The notes below the pieces were generated by a model. It ran no database searches, was not told where the DNA came from, and saw nothing but the letters and a program-made list of their open reading frames with translations. A program made the translations under genes and the position numbers. 64,000 nt of DNA, taken from Callorhinchus milii (taxonomy: Eukaryota). Every line of letters begins with the position of its first letter. Position 1 is the first letter of the stretch. Below are positions 37,541 to 49,930 of the stretch, piece after piece. The stretch spans positions 112,594,001-112,658,000 of the forward strand of contig NW_024704742.1 in NCBI RefSeq assembly GCF_018977255.1. The letters are read 5' to 3'.

Positions 37541-39004
37541 TGCCCTTGGCCCCTCTTGGCCAGCATAACTCACAATTCATTGTAGTTTTGATACAATTAA
37601 AGTGATCCACCAACCTCAGTTCAAATGCAGCTGATTATGCATTAATAACAGGTATTAAACCACATTCACTCATTGCTGTAAAAACACAGTGAGCATATAA
37701 TTGTCAAAATAGTATTGCTTGGTCAATGATCTGTTGGTGGATTTTCCTGCTATATTAATTGCATTGGGTATATATAGTGCAACATATCAAACAATGGTCG
37801 ACCATGATTAGAATCAGCAAAAGCAGTGATCATGTTTCAATCCCAACAAAACAAAGACAGAATATGATTTACTCATAAATTCCAGACAGAGACAATTACC
37901 ATAAAACCCAGACAGCTATTTTGGTTTCAAGAAATATTACATAAACATATAAATCACTTGACTAGATAAGGAATAAAAACAGGTATGCTTGCATGCCTGA
38001 TACATTTGATTATATAGAGCACTGTTATTTTGAAAAATGGCACAAAATTAACAAGAAGCATAATTTAAGCATTTAAGTTGGACCATGACATTTTCTTACC
38101 TCTGCTGAAATCTCTTGCTTCTTTGTAGGATTTCACCCGATGATCAGGCTGACCGGCGGTTTTTATGTCTGTTTAAGAAAATTTATGATTCTTTCAAAAA
38201 CTGCTATCTCCCAGAAACACTGATAAAATGCACCATTAAAGTTTGTTGGCTGGATCAGCTGCAGAGATCTTCGAAATGAGTCACATCAGCCTTAACCATG
38301 TCATCATCTTAAAAGGGTATAATTGCTACATAAGAAAGAAGAACAAACACACTTATTTTTTTGTTGCTATCACATTCATGTTTTATTTTGTAAAATTATG
38401 TATTTATATCACAGTTTGAGTACTGAGAAACTGAGGGTATAAAGGTATGTCAAACACTTTAAGACTTTGTGATAGTGATGAATGGAATGAATTTCTACGT
38501 TGAAATCCAGAAACACAAAGATTGAAATGTTCTAAGGTTTTGTACATTTCAGAAATTAATTGTTGAATATTTATCATTACAAATTTACAGAAAATTGTTG
38601 CAGTTTTGAAAAAGGTTTTGGAGTATTTTGAAAACTGAAATGATTGCTCAACACTCAAAAGGTCAATACAAAAATAGCCCCCAGGTAAAGAGTGAACAGA
38701 AGGCAGGTATCTAAGAAGTCTTACTCATTACTACAGCTCTTGACCTTTCTAGCTGCTTTATTTAACACATTTTTAATACAGTGAATTGGAGCTCAAAATA
38801 CTTGGTTCATGCTTAACGTAGGAGCTTAATGATATCTCTTTGATGTCGATTTTTATTGGCAAATTTGCTCAGTTAACAAATTATAAGAATCTGCTAAGGA
38901 AGATCTTAATGCTCAGCAAAGTGGAAATTAATTTTAAAAAGCGGGCAATTACATTTGTCTCAGTGAAAAATTTATTGGAAGGCAATCTTAATAATGAAAA
39001 TCTT

Positions 39005-39431
39005 AATAATAATAATAATCCTTGCAAAACGCAAAATACTGCTGGAAATCTGAAACAAAAAATAATCCTTGCATTTGTTATAGCGCCTCATTACATCTTC
39101 GAGACGTCTCAAAGCGCTTCACAGGATATACTGTAGAGTGAATTGACTGCATATTTTGTGGCCGAAACACAGCAGCCAATTGTGCACTGCAGTGTCCCAC
39201 AAATAGTCGTGGATTGAGTAACCAATTTATTATTTTTTTTGAGGTAATTATTATCCCTGGAAAAGCGATCCGCCAATACTAATGGTCGTTTCCTAACAAC
39301 CAGATCCTACTTGCTGCAAGATAAACAGAGGCATGTGGAGTAAGGAAACTTGCCCGACATTCGCACTGCCGGCAATCAAACCCAGGTCTCTCGCTTGCGA
39401 GGCAAGTGCTCTAACCACTGAGTTACAGGCC
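39005..39431 (-). mobile_element. Long-core SINE carrying a 34-bp insert in its tail
   Basis: Full SINE; insert at 39027-39060 flanked by two copies of AATAATCCTTGCA. Confidence 0.88.
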
Positions 39432-41071
39432 TTTCATTAATAGATTGGGTTCAGAGCACCATTAGTTTACACTGTAAATTATGTAGTTTTAGAACACTGC
39501 TGATTTATGACTGGCATATGTTCATCTATAGACTGCTGTAGGAAGGACCTTCATGAAAGATTGTACAATAGGTAAATGGGGAATATATTCATTCCTTTCA
39601 AACTTTCTTTATTTTCTTCAATTTTTGTTTTCAACAAGGAACCTACTAGACAGAGCTTTCAATAGAAAGTCATGAAGTTTTAGATGGTTAAACTCCAGCA
39701 GTTCCTCAATTTGGCTCTTGCCAACCTATACCTAATATTCTCTAGAGTTAGGTAAACAGGACAAGAGTACTAATTCCATTCCAGACATGAGGATTCCTAA
39801 AATTCTAATTGTATGAACTACTTTACATGTTTTTTTTCTCTTTATGTCAAAATAAAAGGGTGTTTTTGGCCAGCCGGGTGTCTGACACATGCAGAAATCT
39901 ATCACTATGCTTAAGAGTATCCAAACCAAACTGAGAATTCCATGCACCCAACTACACATTGAAATCCCCGAGATGTTTATTGGAATGGAATGCATGCTCT
40001 CTCCCTGGAGGGACACATCCTGCTTACCTAATTCCAGAGAGTATTGGGTGCAGGCTGGCAAAAGCCAAGGTTTGGGAACTCCAGAAAGTTCTGGAGTCTG
40101 ACCAGCTAAATCTGCATAGCTTGCCATTGAGAGCACTGTCTGGCAAGTTTTCCTGCTGCTTGTCTAGCTAGGACCACCCTACCTATTAGGGCTTTGGCTT
40201 GCAGGATTAATAGGAGCTGAGTGGGATGACTCCTGTGTCCAGTGACTGGTCTGCCTTTCCACGTCCTGCCATTGAGCCAGGCTGGTTGGCTGTAACATGT
40301 GAAGTTGTGAAGAGAGACTCAAGTGGCTTTGTTTGCATCAGATAATAATCCTGTGAAGATATGATCCAGCTTTTTAAAATGCTAAGAGGGATGGATAATG
40401 TACAGAATCAAGTGGTTTATTTAATTTAGACGTGAGTGCAGAATTTGATGGTATGAGTATAGAATTAACATGCCTTAAGCAAGATTTAAAATGAGATTTT
40501 TCCCCCACAGAATTGTGGATGTGAGCAATAGATTCTCAGATAAAGTAGGTAATGCTTTGTCGATTAGCACATTTAAAAGAGAGCTGGAAGAATATGTGGG
40601 TAGTGATAGGATTATCAGTATAAGTACAATAGAGATGAATTAATGCTGTATGAAATGTAATTGTTCCTGAGCTACTGAGAACATGAAATGTCACACAAAG
40701 GAAGACACTGGTTTTAGGGTGTATAATGAAGTAGGTAATGTTCAATAGATATTTGGGAGTTTTCCTTGACTTACACCTGAGGGAGATTTAGAAACTTCAC
40801 AGTGCTTTTCTCAGCAAATGAAATTCCTTAGGCATGGCTTAAGACAGAAAAAGCTATCTGGAAAAGGAAGGGATTCATGTCTTTACCTTTATTCATATTT
40901 CAGCCACAAATTTATTTAAGCAACGGTGCTTGTGGGAATTTCCGAATGACTGCTCAAGATAAGCCCAGTTTCCTCAGGTTTCCTTCCTTATATTCACTGA
41001 CCTCAAGAGGTGTGCAGCATCCTCAGTGAATTTTTCTTGACATAAGACATGACATATCATGGAAATGTATG

Positions 41072-41311
41072 AAACAAAAACAGAGAGAGCTGGGAAAACT
41101 CAGCAGATCAGGCAGCATTTATGGAGAAAGGAAAGTGACTCAACGTTTCGGGTTCACAACCCTTCGTCAGAACGGCTCTGATGAACGGTCGTGGACCCGA
41201 AAAGTTGACTCACTTTCCTTTCTCCATAGATGCTGCCTGACCTGCTGAGTTTTCCCAGCTCTCTCTGTTTTTGTTTCAGATTTCCATCATCTGCAGTATT
41301 TTGTGTTTTGT
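41072..41311. mobile_element. Palindromic Penelope-type insert with two hammerhead-like cores
   Basis: Arms 41072-41171 and 41177-41277 are near-perfect inverted copies. CTGANGA-stem-GAAA on both strands. Flanking 15-bp direct repeat matches at 13/15. Confidence 0.85.
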
Positions 41312-41507
41312 TCATGGGAACGTATGTATGCTTTTGCAAAGCTTTGCTAATATGAATTATATAGTGGTAGTGATTTTAATACTTTAGCTCTTTTTATTCT
41401 GTTCTGATGAATATTATGCTGTTTTTGTATGCATTTTATGTATCATTGAAATTATCTAACATTTATACTGTTATCTTGCTAAGAAATCTCTAAACATTTG
41501 AGTTGTG

Positions 41508-41845
41508 ACGTCCTGTAGCTCAGTGGCTAGAGCACTCGCCTGGGTTCGATTCCCAGCAGGGCAAAACGTTGGGCAAGTTTCCTTACTCCACATGCCTCTG
41601 TTTACCTAGCAGTAAGTGGGAACCCCTTGTTATTTGATTGGCGGATCGCTTTTCTGGGGGTAATAATTCCTTCAAAAAAACATTGGTCACTCAATCCACG
41701 ACTGTTTGTGGGACACTGTTGTGCGCAATTGGCTGCCGCATTTCACCCAGTCAATTCACTGTACAGTATATTCTGTGAAGTGCTTTGAGACGTCTCGAAG
41801 ACGTGATAAAGCACTGTATCAAAAGCAAGGATTATTATTATTGTT
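41508..41845 (+). mobile_element. Long-core SINE with a deletion in the head
   Basis: Head lacks the anticodon region; core and tail intact. Confidence 0.88.
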
Positions 41846-41911
41846 ACGAAACAGACACTGTCTTCAATTGCTAAGTTCTCAACTGAGGTTGATTATATTT
41901 GTTATCACTTA

Positions 41912-42557
41912 GATAGTGCCCTCCACGCAGCGTAGCACCTTAGGGCGCTTAACAGTGACGGAGCCTAACTCGGGGGTTGGAGAGGTGGCCATAAGTACGG
42001 TCGAAGAGGAAGGTTTTCAGGCGGGACTTGAAAAAGGAGAGAGAGGGGGCAAGGCAAATAGATTGAGGGAGAGTGTTCCAGAGTTTTGGGGCAAAGTAGC
42101 TGAAGGCGTGACCTCCGATGGTGGGGCAGAGGGTGCGAAGGACGAGCAGGAGGCCGGAGCCAGTTGAGCTGAGATGCCGGGTGGTGGATTGACGAGTGAG
42201 GAGGTCGGAGAGGTAGGGAGGTGCCAGAGAGTGAAGGGATTTTAACATAGGTGTGAGGATCTTGAAGTCGATTTGTTTGATGAAGGGGAGCCAGTGGAGC
42301 CTGACCAGAACAGATGAGATGTAGGTATGGAGCTTGGTCTGGGTCAGTATCCGGGCGGCAGAGTTCTGAATGAGCTGGATCTTTTGAATATTGGAGCTGG
42401 GGAGACCGGCAAGGAGTGCATTTGAGTAATCCAGGCGGGAGGTGACAAACTATGATCGAGGGTTTCATCTGCATTTGGAGTAAGGTACGGTCGGAGGTGG
42501 GCAATGTGACGAAGATGGAAGAAGGCGGTCGTGGTCAGGGACCGGATGTGGGAATGC
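41912..42557 (-). mobile_element. L2 family C 3' fragment
   Basis: AFFHLRHIAHLRPYLT and [14 protein letters not shown] peptides. Confidence 0.9.
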
Positions 42558-42614
42558 ACCACCAAATGGTCCGTGTCCTGGGAAGAATGGACAATACATT
42601 TATGTATTTAGGTA

Positions 42615-43010
42615 TCAGTTTAGTTCAGTTGGTAGCATTCTTGACTTTGAGTTATAAAGTTATGGAATTCGAGCCTCACATCAGGACTTTGAGTTCATAC
42701 ACTTGGCTGATGCTCCAGTCCTTTGCTGGTGGAGTGCTGCATTGTTGGAGGTGCCATCCTTTGCATGACATGTCAAATTGAAGTTTCATTTACTTGTCAA
42801 GGTAGATGTTAAAGATCCCATGGCACATTTTGAAAAGAACAGGGAGTTTTCCCTATCTAACAATCCTCCAGATAAAATTGCTCATTCCTTTCATAGTAGT
42901 TTGTGGGACATTGCTGTGCACAAATTAGTTGCTGTGTTTGCCTATAAAAACAGTCAGACTTTACAGTAAAATACTTTTTGTCAATGGGATCAAATGCAAG
43001 GATTATTATT
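42615..43010 (+). mobile_element. Deu-domain SINE
   Basis: Head, core (GTAGATGTTAAAGATCCCATGGCAC) and tail. Confidence 0.82.
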
Positions 43011-44289
43011 CATCAATGATGCAATGATTATCATCAGTTTTATAATTAACACACTGGAGTTTGTAATTTTTACTCTCAAATCTACAGTAATGTAAATATG
43101 CCACAGAAAAACTATCCGTAAATGCAGTGTATAAAACAAGTTTATTGCTTCCAGAACTCAACAAAGGCTCAGATTACATTTCCCCAGTCACATCATTCCA
43201 AACATTCATTCTACCTTCATTCTCCAGGGGGTTGTGGAAAGGCGCCATTGCCTTGATTAAGTTTTGCATGCTTTATTGCGGAGCTGCATAAATTCTACCT
43301 TTTCTCATCATGATTGTTCTCTTTGAAGTGTGAAATCAAATTATGCATTTGAACTATTTCATTAATCTTGCTTTTCTTTACTACCTTTTGATGCCACTGG
43401 CTGATTCCTTTCATAATATATCTGCAAGTGATTTGGCATAATCACAGAGCTGATGAAGATTTCGGATAGATGACATTTTCTTCATTGATCATGTTAGAAA
43501 ATATATGCCTGAGAATGTATTTCAGTCAAGTTTTTTTTTATATAATGAATCTATTTGCCTGATTCAGAACATGTCTAGTGTAAAAACTTGGCTGACATAT
43601 ATTTATTGGTAAAAGTGGGGCTGATGGGCGACAAAACCTTAATTAAGGATAACAGAAGTAAATCAGACTAGGCAGGAAGGGGGCTTTGACGTGATTCACT
43701 TTTACAGCAGGCTTCCCACAGCATGTGATGTGTGATGTACTTCTGTTTTTTGGAAGAATTCCACATTCATTCCTTATTTAAGGAATCCAACATTTAGGGT
43801 GCAGCTGCTCCAGTCTGTGTTTGAGCTTCTAGAGATGTTTTCCTGGATCAGAAATAGGGGTACAATGTGATTATGTCTGAACCGTCACTGGTGCTTGAAG
43901 TTGTCAGCAGCAGGAAGAGACATGGGTCAGAGCTCTGCCACAATCTCACTAGGTCACAAGAGAGTTGTGGATGAAGAAAGCCCTTTGGTTAATTTGATCT
44001 CACCTTTCCAATCTCCTGGCATCAACCACATAAAGCCAAGATCATTTCCTGCATCTACACAGAGAATTCTGCCATAGACACACCACCTACTTCTGAGAGA
44101 CACACCTTACTAATAATAATAATCTTTGCATTTGATACATAGCTTTTCATGTCTTCTAGATGTCTTAAAGCGCTTCACAGAATATACTGTAAAATGAATT
44201 GACTGAATATTTTGTGGGCGAAACGCAGTAGCAGAGGTAGGAGGTAGGAGAGCGTGGGGCAGAGCCGAGGCCTCGCCATGTACAAAAGC

Positions 44290-44745
44290 ACAACAACAAC
44301 AACAACAAGATTCCATTTATAAAGCGCCTTTCACGTCAGGAGGACGTCCCAAGGCGCTGCACAGTTGGGTCATGACCCGAGCAGGGGGGAAATGGTCAGG
44401 GTGAGGGGAGGGAAGGGAGGGAGCGAGGAGGGGGAAGAGAGTCGAGAGGGGAGCTGAAGGCTCGGTCAAAGAAAAGGTTTTGAGACCGGCCTTGAAGGAG
44501 GAGAGGGAGGAAGCAAGGCGAAGGCACTGGGGGATAGAGTTCCAGAGCCTCGGGGCTGAGAGGCTGAAGGCCCGGCCACCGATGGTAGGGCGATTGGGGC
44601 GGGGGACGTGGAGCAGACCGGAGCCGGAGGAACGGAGGGTACGGGCAGGTAGGTAGGGGGATAGTAGGTTGGAGAGGTAGGAGGGAGCAAGGCCGTGAAT
44701 GGCCTTGTAGGTGAGGATGAGGATGAGGATCTTGAAATCAATCCT
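44290..44745 (-). mobile_element. L2 family A 3' fragment inserted in the family B 5' UTR
   Basis: DFKIL...GGRAFSLSAPRLWNSIPQCLRLASSLSSFK plus tail; possible CACA TSD. Confidence 0.92.
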
Positions 44746-45520
44746 CACAGCCAAGTGAGGAGCCACTCAGTCGGGAGTGGAGGTAGGAGAGCGAGGTGGG
44801 GGGGGGGGGGTGGTAAGTGATTCACAAAGTGACGTCGGCGTGACGTCACAGTTAATAAAAATAAATAAGGAAAAATAAATTGTTTCTTAAAAAAAACCCA
44901 GCAACAACAACAGCAACAATGTCCTGGCCCCTGGCACTGCCATCCCAGCTATGACCTGGGAGGCTGAGCCTGAGGGCTGATGCCATCCCACTGATTGCTC
45001 GCTCCCGCTCTCTGCGTGCGCGTTTTGGTTGCCACCCCAGCCTCGCCCTCTACGTCTCTCCTCCCACCCCCCTCTATGTCTCTCCTCCCACCCCCCTCTA
45101 CGTCTCTCCTCCCACCGTCCCCTATCCACTACTCCCCCTCTGTCCTACTCTCCCACCGCCCTCCTGGCCTTCTCTCTCTCCTCGACCCCATCACCACTTC
45201 CCTCTGTTCCAGCCTGGGCATCCTCCGCCAGGCCCATCGTGGCTCCCGCCACTGGCTGTCCCAGAGCAGCAACCCCACATGTCCAATCATTCACTCCCTC
45301 CGCTCAATCCGCCTCCTGAAGGCAAACCCAACTTCCACCTCTCTCACACGTACCCTCCCCAATTCTCCACTCACCACAACCATCTCTCCTATACACACCA
45401 AAATCCTCTCCGCATCACTCTCTCCTCCCTCCCCCCACTCCAGCAAACCCACCCGCATTTCCCTCCAAAATGTCCGTTCCCTCTCAAACAAAGCCCTCAC
45501 CATCCACGACCTCATCCTGT

Positions 45521-45843
45521 TGGAGTCCTGTAACTCAGTGGTTAGAGCACTCGCTTTGCAAGCGAGAGACCTGAGGTCAATTCCAGGCAGAGGGCGAAAC
45601 CTTGGGCAAGTTTCCTTACTCCACACGCCTAATAATAATCCCTCCAAAACCCAAAACAATAATAAATTGGTCATTTTCAATCTACGACTGTTTGTGGGAC
45701 ATTGCTGTGAGCAATTGGCTGCCGCGTTCGCCCACAAATATACAGTCAATTCACTTCACAGTGTGTTCTGTGAAGCGCTTTGGGACGTCCTCCCAACGTG
45801 AAAAGCGCTATATCAAATGCAAGGATTATTATTATTATTATTT
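45521..45843 (+). mobile_element. Young short-core SINE inserted in the L2 endonuclease domain
   Basis: ATCCTG duplicated (45514-19, 45844-49). Removal restores IHDLILDEHLDIL. Confidence 0.95.
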
Positions 45844-46362
45844 ATCCTGGACGAGCACCTTGACATCCTTGGGCTCACCGAAACCTGGCTCTCCCCCAAT
45901 GACCCCGTCCCCCTAGTGGAAGCCTTTTCTCCAGGCTACACCTTCCACCACACCCCCCCGTCCAAACCAACATGGCGGCAGGGTGGCCCTCATCTCCAAA
46001 GCCTCCCTTGGCCTCACACCCTACTCCTCTGGCTGCTTCCCCTCTTTCGAGCATCTCACCCTTTTCCACCCCTCTCTCCCTTTGAAAATCCTCCTTGTTT
46101 ACTGTACCCCTAAGACCCCCGGCTCCTTCCACACAGACATCTCTACTCTCCTCCCCTGTCCCTCTGCTCCGAGCGCCTACTAATAATGGGTGATTTCAAC
46201 CTCTACCTAAACTCCCCTTAAACTACTTCTGCTGATTTCACTGCCCTCCTCTCCTGCCTAAACCTCACCCTACATATAAGCTCACCCACCCACAACCGTG
46301 ATCATGCAATTGACCTCATCATCACCCACAGCCTTGACGTTTGACACTTGACACTTGCCCAC

Positions 46363-46605
46363 AACCTTGGGCAAGTTTCCTTACTCCACACGCCTAATAA
46401 TAATCCCTCCAAAAAAAACCAATAATAAATTGGTCATTTTCAATCTGCGATTGTTTGTGGGACATTGCTGTGCGCAATTGGCTGCCGCGTTCACCCACAA
46501 ATATACAGTCAATTCACTTTACAGTGTGTTCTGTGAAGCGCTTTGGGACGTCCTCCCGACGTGAAAAGCGCTATATCAAATGCAAGGATTATTATTATTA
46601 TTATT
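46363..46605 (+). mobile_element. 5'-truncated young short-core SINE inside L2
   Basis: Starts at AACCTTGGGCAAG; tail matches the 15517 copy. Confidence 0.92.
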
Positions 46606-49600
46606 TCCGACCTTAGCATAGTGGACAAGGCCATCTCGGACCACTTTTTCATCTCCTTCTCCTCTCACATCCCTCACTCCTCCACCGCCCTTGGAAAGGC
46701 TATCCCCTGGAACCCTCACAAAGGCCCTCTCATCATCAGACGTCCAATCCATCTGACCTTCCACCCGGGGTGACCATGAAGTAGCCGTCCAGCTGCTCCA
46801 TAATCACCTCTCCTCCACTTTCAACTCCCTCGTCCCCCTAAAATCCAGGACCATCACCAAACCCACCCGATCCCCCTGATACAACAACCATCTTTGCCGC
46901 CAAAAAACCCAAACCCATCTGCTCGAGCGCAGATGGCAGAAAACTGGCCTGACAGTTCACCGCCAACTGTGGCTCGAGCATCTCCAAAGCTACCGCCGTT
47001 CTTTGACACACGCAAAAACGGCCTTTTACTCCAACATCATCTTGGAGGCTAAACACAACCCCAAAATCCTTTTTTCCACCACCCACTACCTCCTCCGTGG
47101 ACCCCCTCAGGCCTCCTCAATCTTCACGTCAAATGCCAAGTGCGAGGAGGTCATGGACTTCTTTTCAACTAAAATACATAACATCCGCCAGGCAGCCTCA
47201 TCCATCTGCCCCTTGTCACCCACCACCACGCCCTCTCTGCCCCCCTCACCTTCCTCATCATTTGCTCCTACCACCACCCCCTTTCTACACTCTTTCCTCC
47301 CCATCTCTCCCTCTTCCCTCTCACCCATCATCACCTCCATGAAACCCACCACCTGTTGCCTCGAAGCCCTCCCCACCAACTTACTGGTCACACAACTCAC
47401 CCTCCTATGCCCACTACTGGCTGACATCATCAACCAGTCCCTCTCCTCTGGATTAGTCCCTGCCTTCCTCAAAACTGCTGTCATCACCCCCTTCCTCAAA
47501 AAACCCTCCCTAGATCCCCCATTACCACCTTATTTCGAACCTGCCGTTCCTCTCAAAAGCTCTAGAACGCGTTGTTGCCAACCAATTCCGTGTACACCAG
47601 TTTCTGCCCTGCCCACAGTAAAGAGACTGCGCTTGTGAAAGTCACAAACGACATCCTCTCTATCTGTGACCAGGGCTCCCTCTGCCTCCTTGTCCTCCTG
47701 GACCTTTCCGCCGTGTTCGACACAGTCGATCACGCCATCCTCCTCCACCGCCTTTCCTCCATCATCCACCTCAGTGGGACCGCACTCGCCTGGTTTGAGT
47801 TCTACCTCACAAACCGCTAGCAGTACATCTGCATAAACGGCTTCTCCTCCCGCTCTCACCCGGTCACCTGTGGGGAACCCCAAGGATCCATCCTTGGCAT
47901 CCCTGCTCTTTCTGATCTACATGCTCCCTCTTGGGGATGACACCCGCAGACATGGGGTACATTTCCACATGTTTGCAGATGACGCCCAACTCTACTTTTC
48001 CACCTCTCTTTGCGACCCCCAGTCCCCTGATGTTCTGTCAGCCGGCCTGTCAGACCTCCGGGGCTGGATGAGCGCAAACTTCGTTCAGCTGAACGTTGAC
48101 AAGATGGAAGCCATACTCTTCGCCTCTCGTCAACATCTGAAATCTCATGGTTCTCACCTCTTCCACCGACCCGACCTCCCCCTAAAACTCTCCGAACCCG
48201 TACGCAATCTAGGCATCAGTTTCGACCCCCAATTATCCTTTCTCCCCCACATCCGGTCCCTCACCAGCACCGCCTTTTTCCACCTCTGTTGCATCACCTG
48301 TCTCTGCCAATATCTCTCCCCAAAAGCCGCTGAAACTCTGGTCCATGCCTTTGTCACCTCTCGGCTGGACTACTCCAACGCCCTCCTCGCCGGTCTCCCA
48401 TCCGCTACCATCCCTAAAATCCAACTCATTCAGAACTCTGCCGCCTGCGTTCTCACCCGCATGAAACTCCACTCCCCAATCACCACAGTCCTAGCCAGAC
48501 TGCACTGGCTCCCTATCCCTGTGAGGATTGACTTCAAGATCCTCACCCTCGTATTCAAGTCCCTGCACTCCTCTGCACCCCCTCCCTCTCTGACCTCCTC
48601 TCTCCTCAAAACAGCACTCGTTGCCTTCGTTCCTCCAGGTCTGGCCTCTTCCTTGTGCCCTGACTCCTCCATTCCACTCTCGGCGGCCGTGCCTTCAGCC
48701 ACTATGCCTCGAGGCTCTGGAACTGCCTTCCTCACTCCCTTCATGTCGCTCCCTTCCTTCCCATTTTCAGGTTTCTGCTGAAGACCTTTCGTTTCGACCG
48801 CGCCTTTGGTCACCTTCCCCCCCTCCCCCTGGCTCGGCCCCGGGATCCGAAACTGTAAAGCGCTCTGAGACGCCCTCCAGAGTGGAAATCCAAGTTGTTG
48901 TTGTTGTTGTAGCTAATTGCGCACAGCAGTGCCCCACAAACAGTCATAGATTGAGTGACCAAATTATTATTGTTTATTTTTCTTGGGGGATTATTATCAG
49001 GCATGTGGAGTAAGGAAACTGGCCCAAGGTTTCGCTCTGGTGGGAATCAAACCCAAGTCTCTGGCTTGCGAGGCAAGTGCTCTAAACACTGAGGTACAGG
49101 ACTCCTTATAAAATGCCTTATAAAATATCACTTTACCAGTAAAAGACACAGACAGATTGAACCAATAAATTTGTTATGACTATATGACTGCTCTCGACTA
49201 TTTTATTTGTACTCATATCTTTTGCAACTGCTGGAAAATAATAAATAACTGAATTGCTGGAATTATTACAGTGTTACTTTGCTGTTACTCAAGCCTAGTA
49301 TGGGTGAAGGGGATGTTTGAACCTGGTAATCTAGTATGTCCACCTAATTACTCAGCTATTGGGAATGTTATGTCTATATTTCTTACAATATTAGATTGTT
49401 CAAGTAAGTTGGATGGATGACTATGACTGACCCTTACAGTTTGGCTACCATTCTGTCTCAGGGAGGTAGGGGAAACGATACGAGGAAAAGAAAGGAACAT
49501 GTTTCTCAGTGGTCTCATAATAATAATAGCAATAATAAACCTTGGATTTGATATAGCACCTTAGCATGTCTTGAGACGTTTCAAAGCATTCAAAGGGCAT

Positions 49601-49930
49601 ATTGTGAAGTGAATTGACTGTATGTTTTGTGGGCGAAACGCGGCAGCCAATTGCGCACGGTAGAGTCCCATAAACAGTCATGGAGTGAGTGATCAAATAG
49701 TTTTAGTCTAGTGGAGCTTGTGAAACAGCATGCAAAAAATTGGCAATGCTCCAAAGCTAAAAGTCTCTCAAGCTAGAAAGTTGTGTTAGATGCTCAATCA
49801 ACACTATCAACATTCAAGAGCAGAAAAACAGAAACATGGTCCTAAAATAAATCAACATGATTGTATACTGCAGTGAAATATTTAGGTTCAATAAAAGCAA
49901 CTTCTAAATTGCATTTATAATAATATACAC

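Larger units (their letters stand above)
44233..48908 (+). mobile_element. Apparently full-length, inactivated single-ORF L2 (family B): 5' UTR, APE endonuclease, RT, 3' tail
   Basis: LQNVRSLSNK and LDILGLTETWL (APE), [37 protein letters not shown] and LDYSNALL motifs in collinear order, with stops and frameshifts. (TTG)n tail. Confidence 0.92.
44110..49105 (-). mobile_element. Short-core SINE split in two (44110-44232 and 48909-49105) by a 4.7-kb insertion
   Basis: The halves join as ...GAAACGCAGTAGC|TAATTGCGCACAG..., matching the SINE consensus. GTAGC is duplicated. Confidence 0.85.

Noticed and set aside
44995..45801. 268-aa ORF
   Set aside because: L2 N-terminus reading through by chance into an inserted SINE; not a host gene.
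47870..48781. 303-aa RT-like ORF (and similar ORFs at 5153, 56155, 62076)
   Set aside because: Fragments of frameshifted L2 copies. No intact EN-RT ORF and no sign of domestication.
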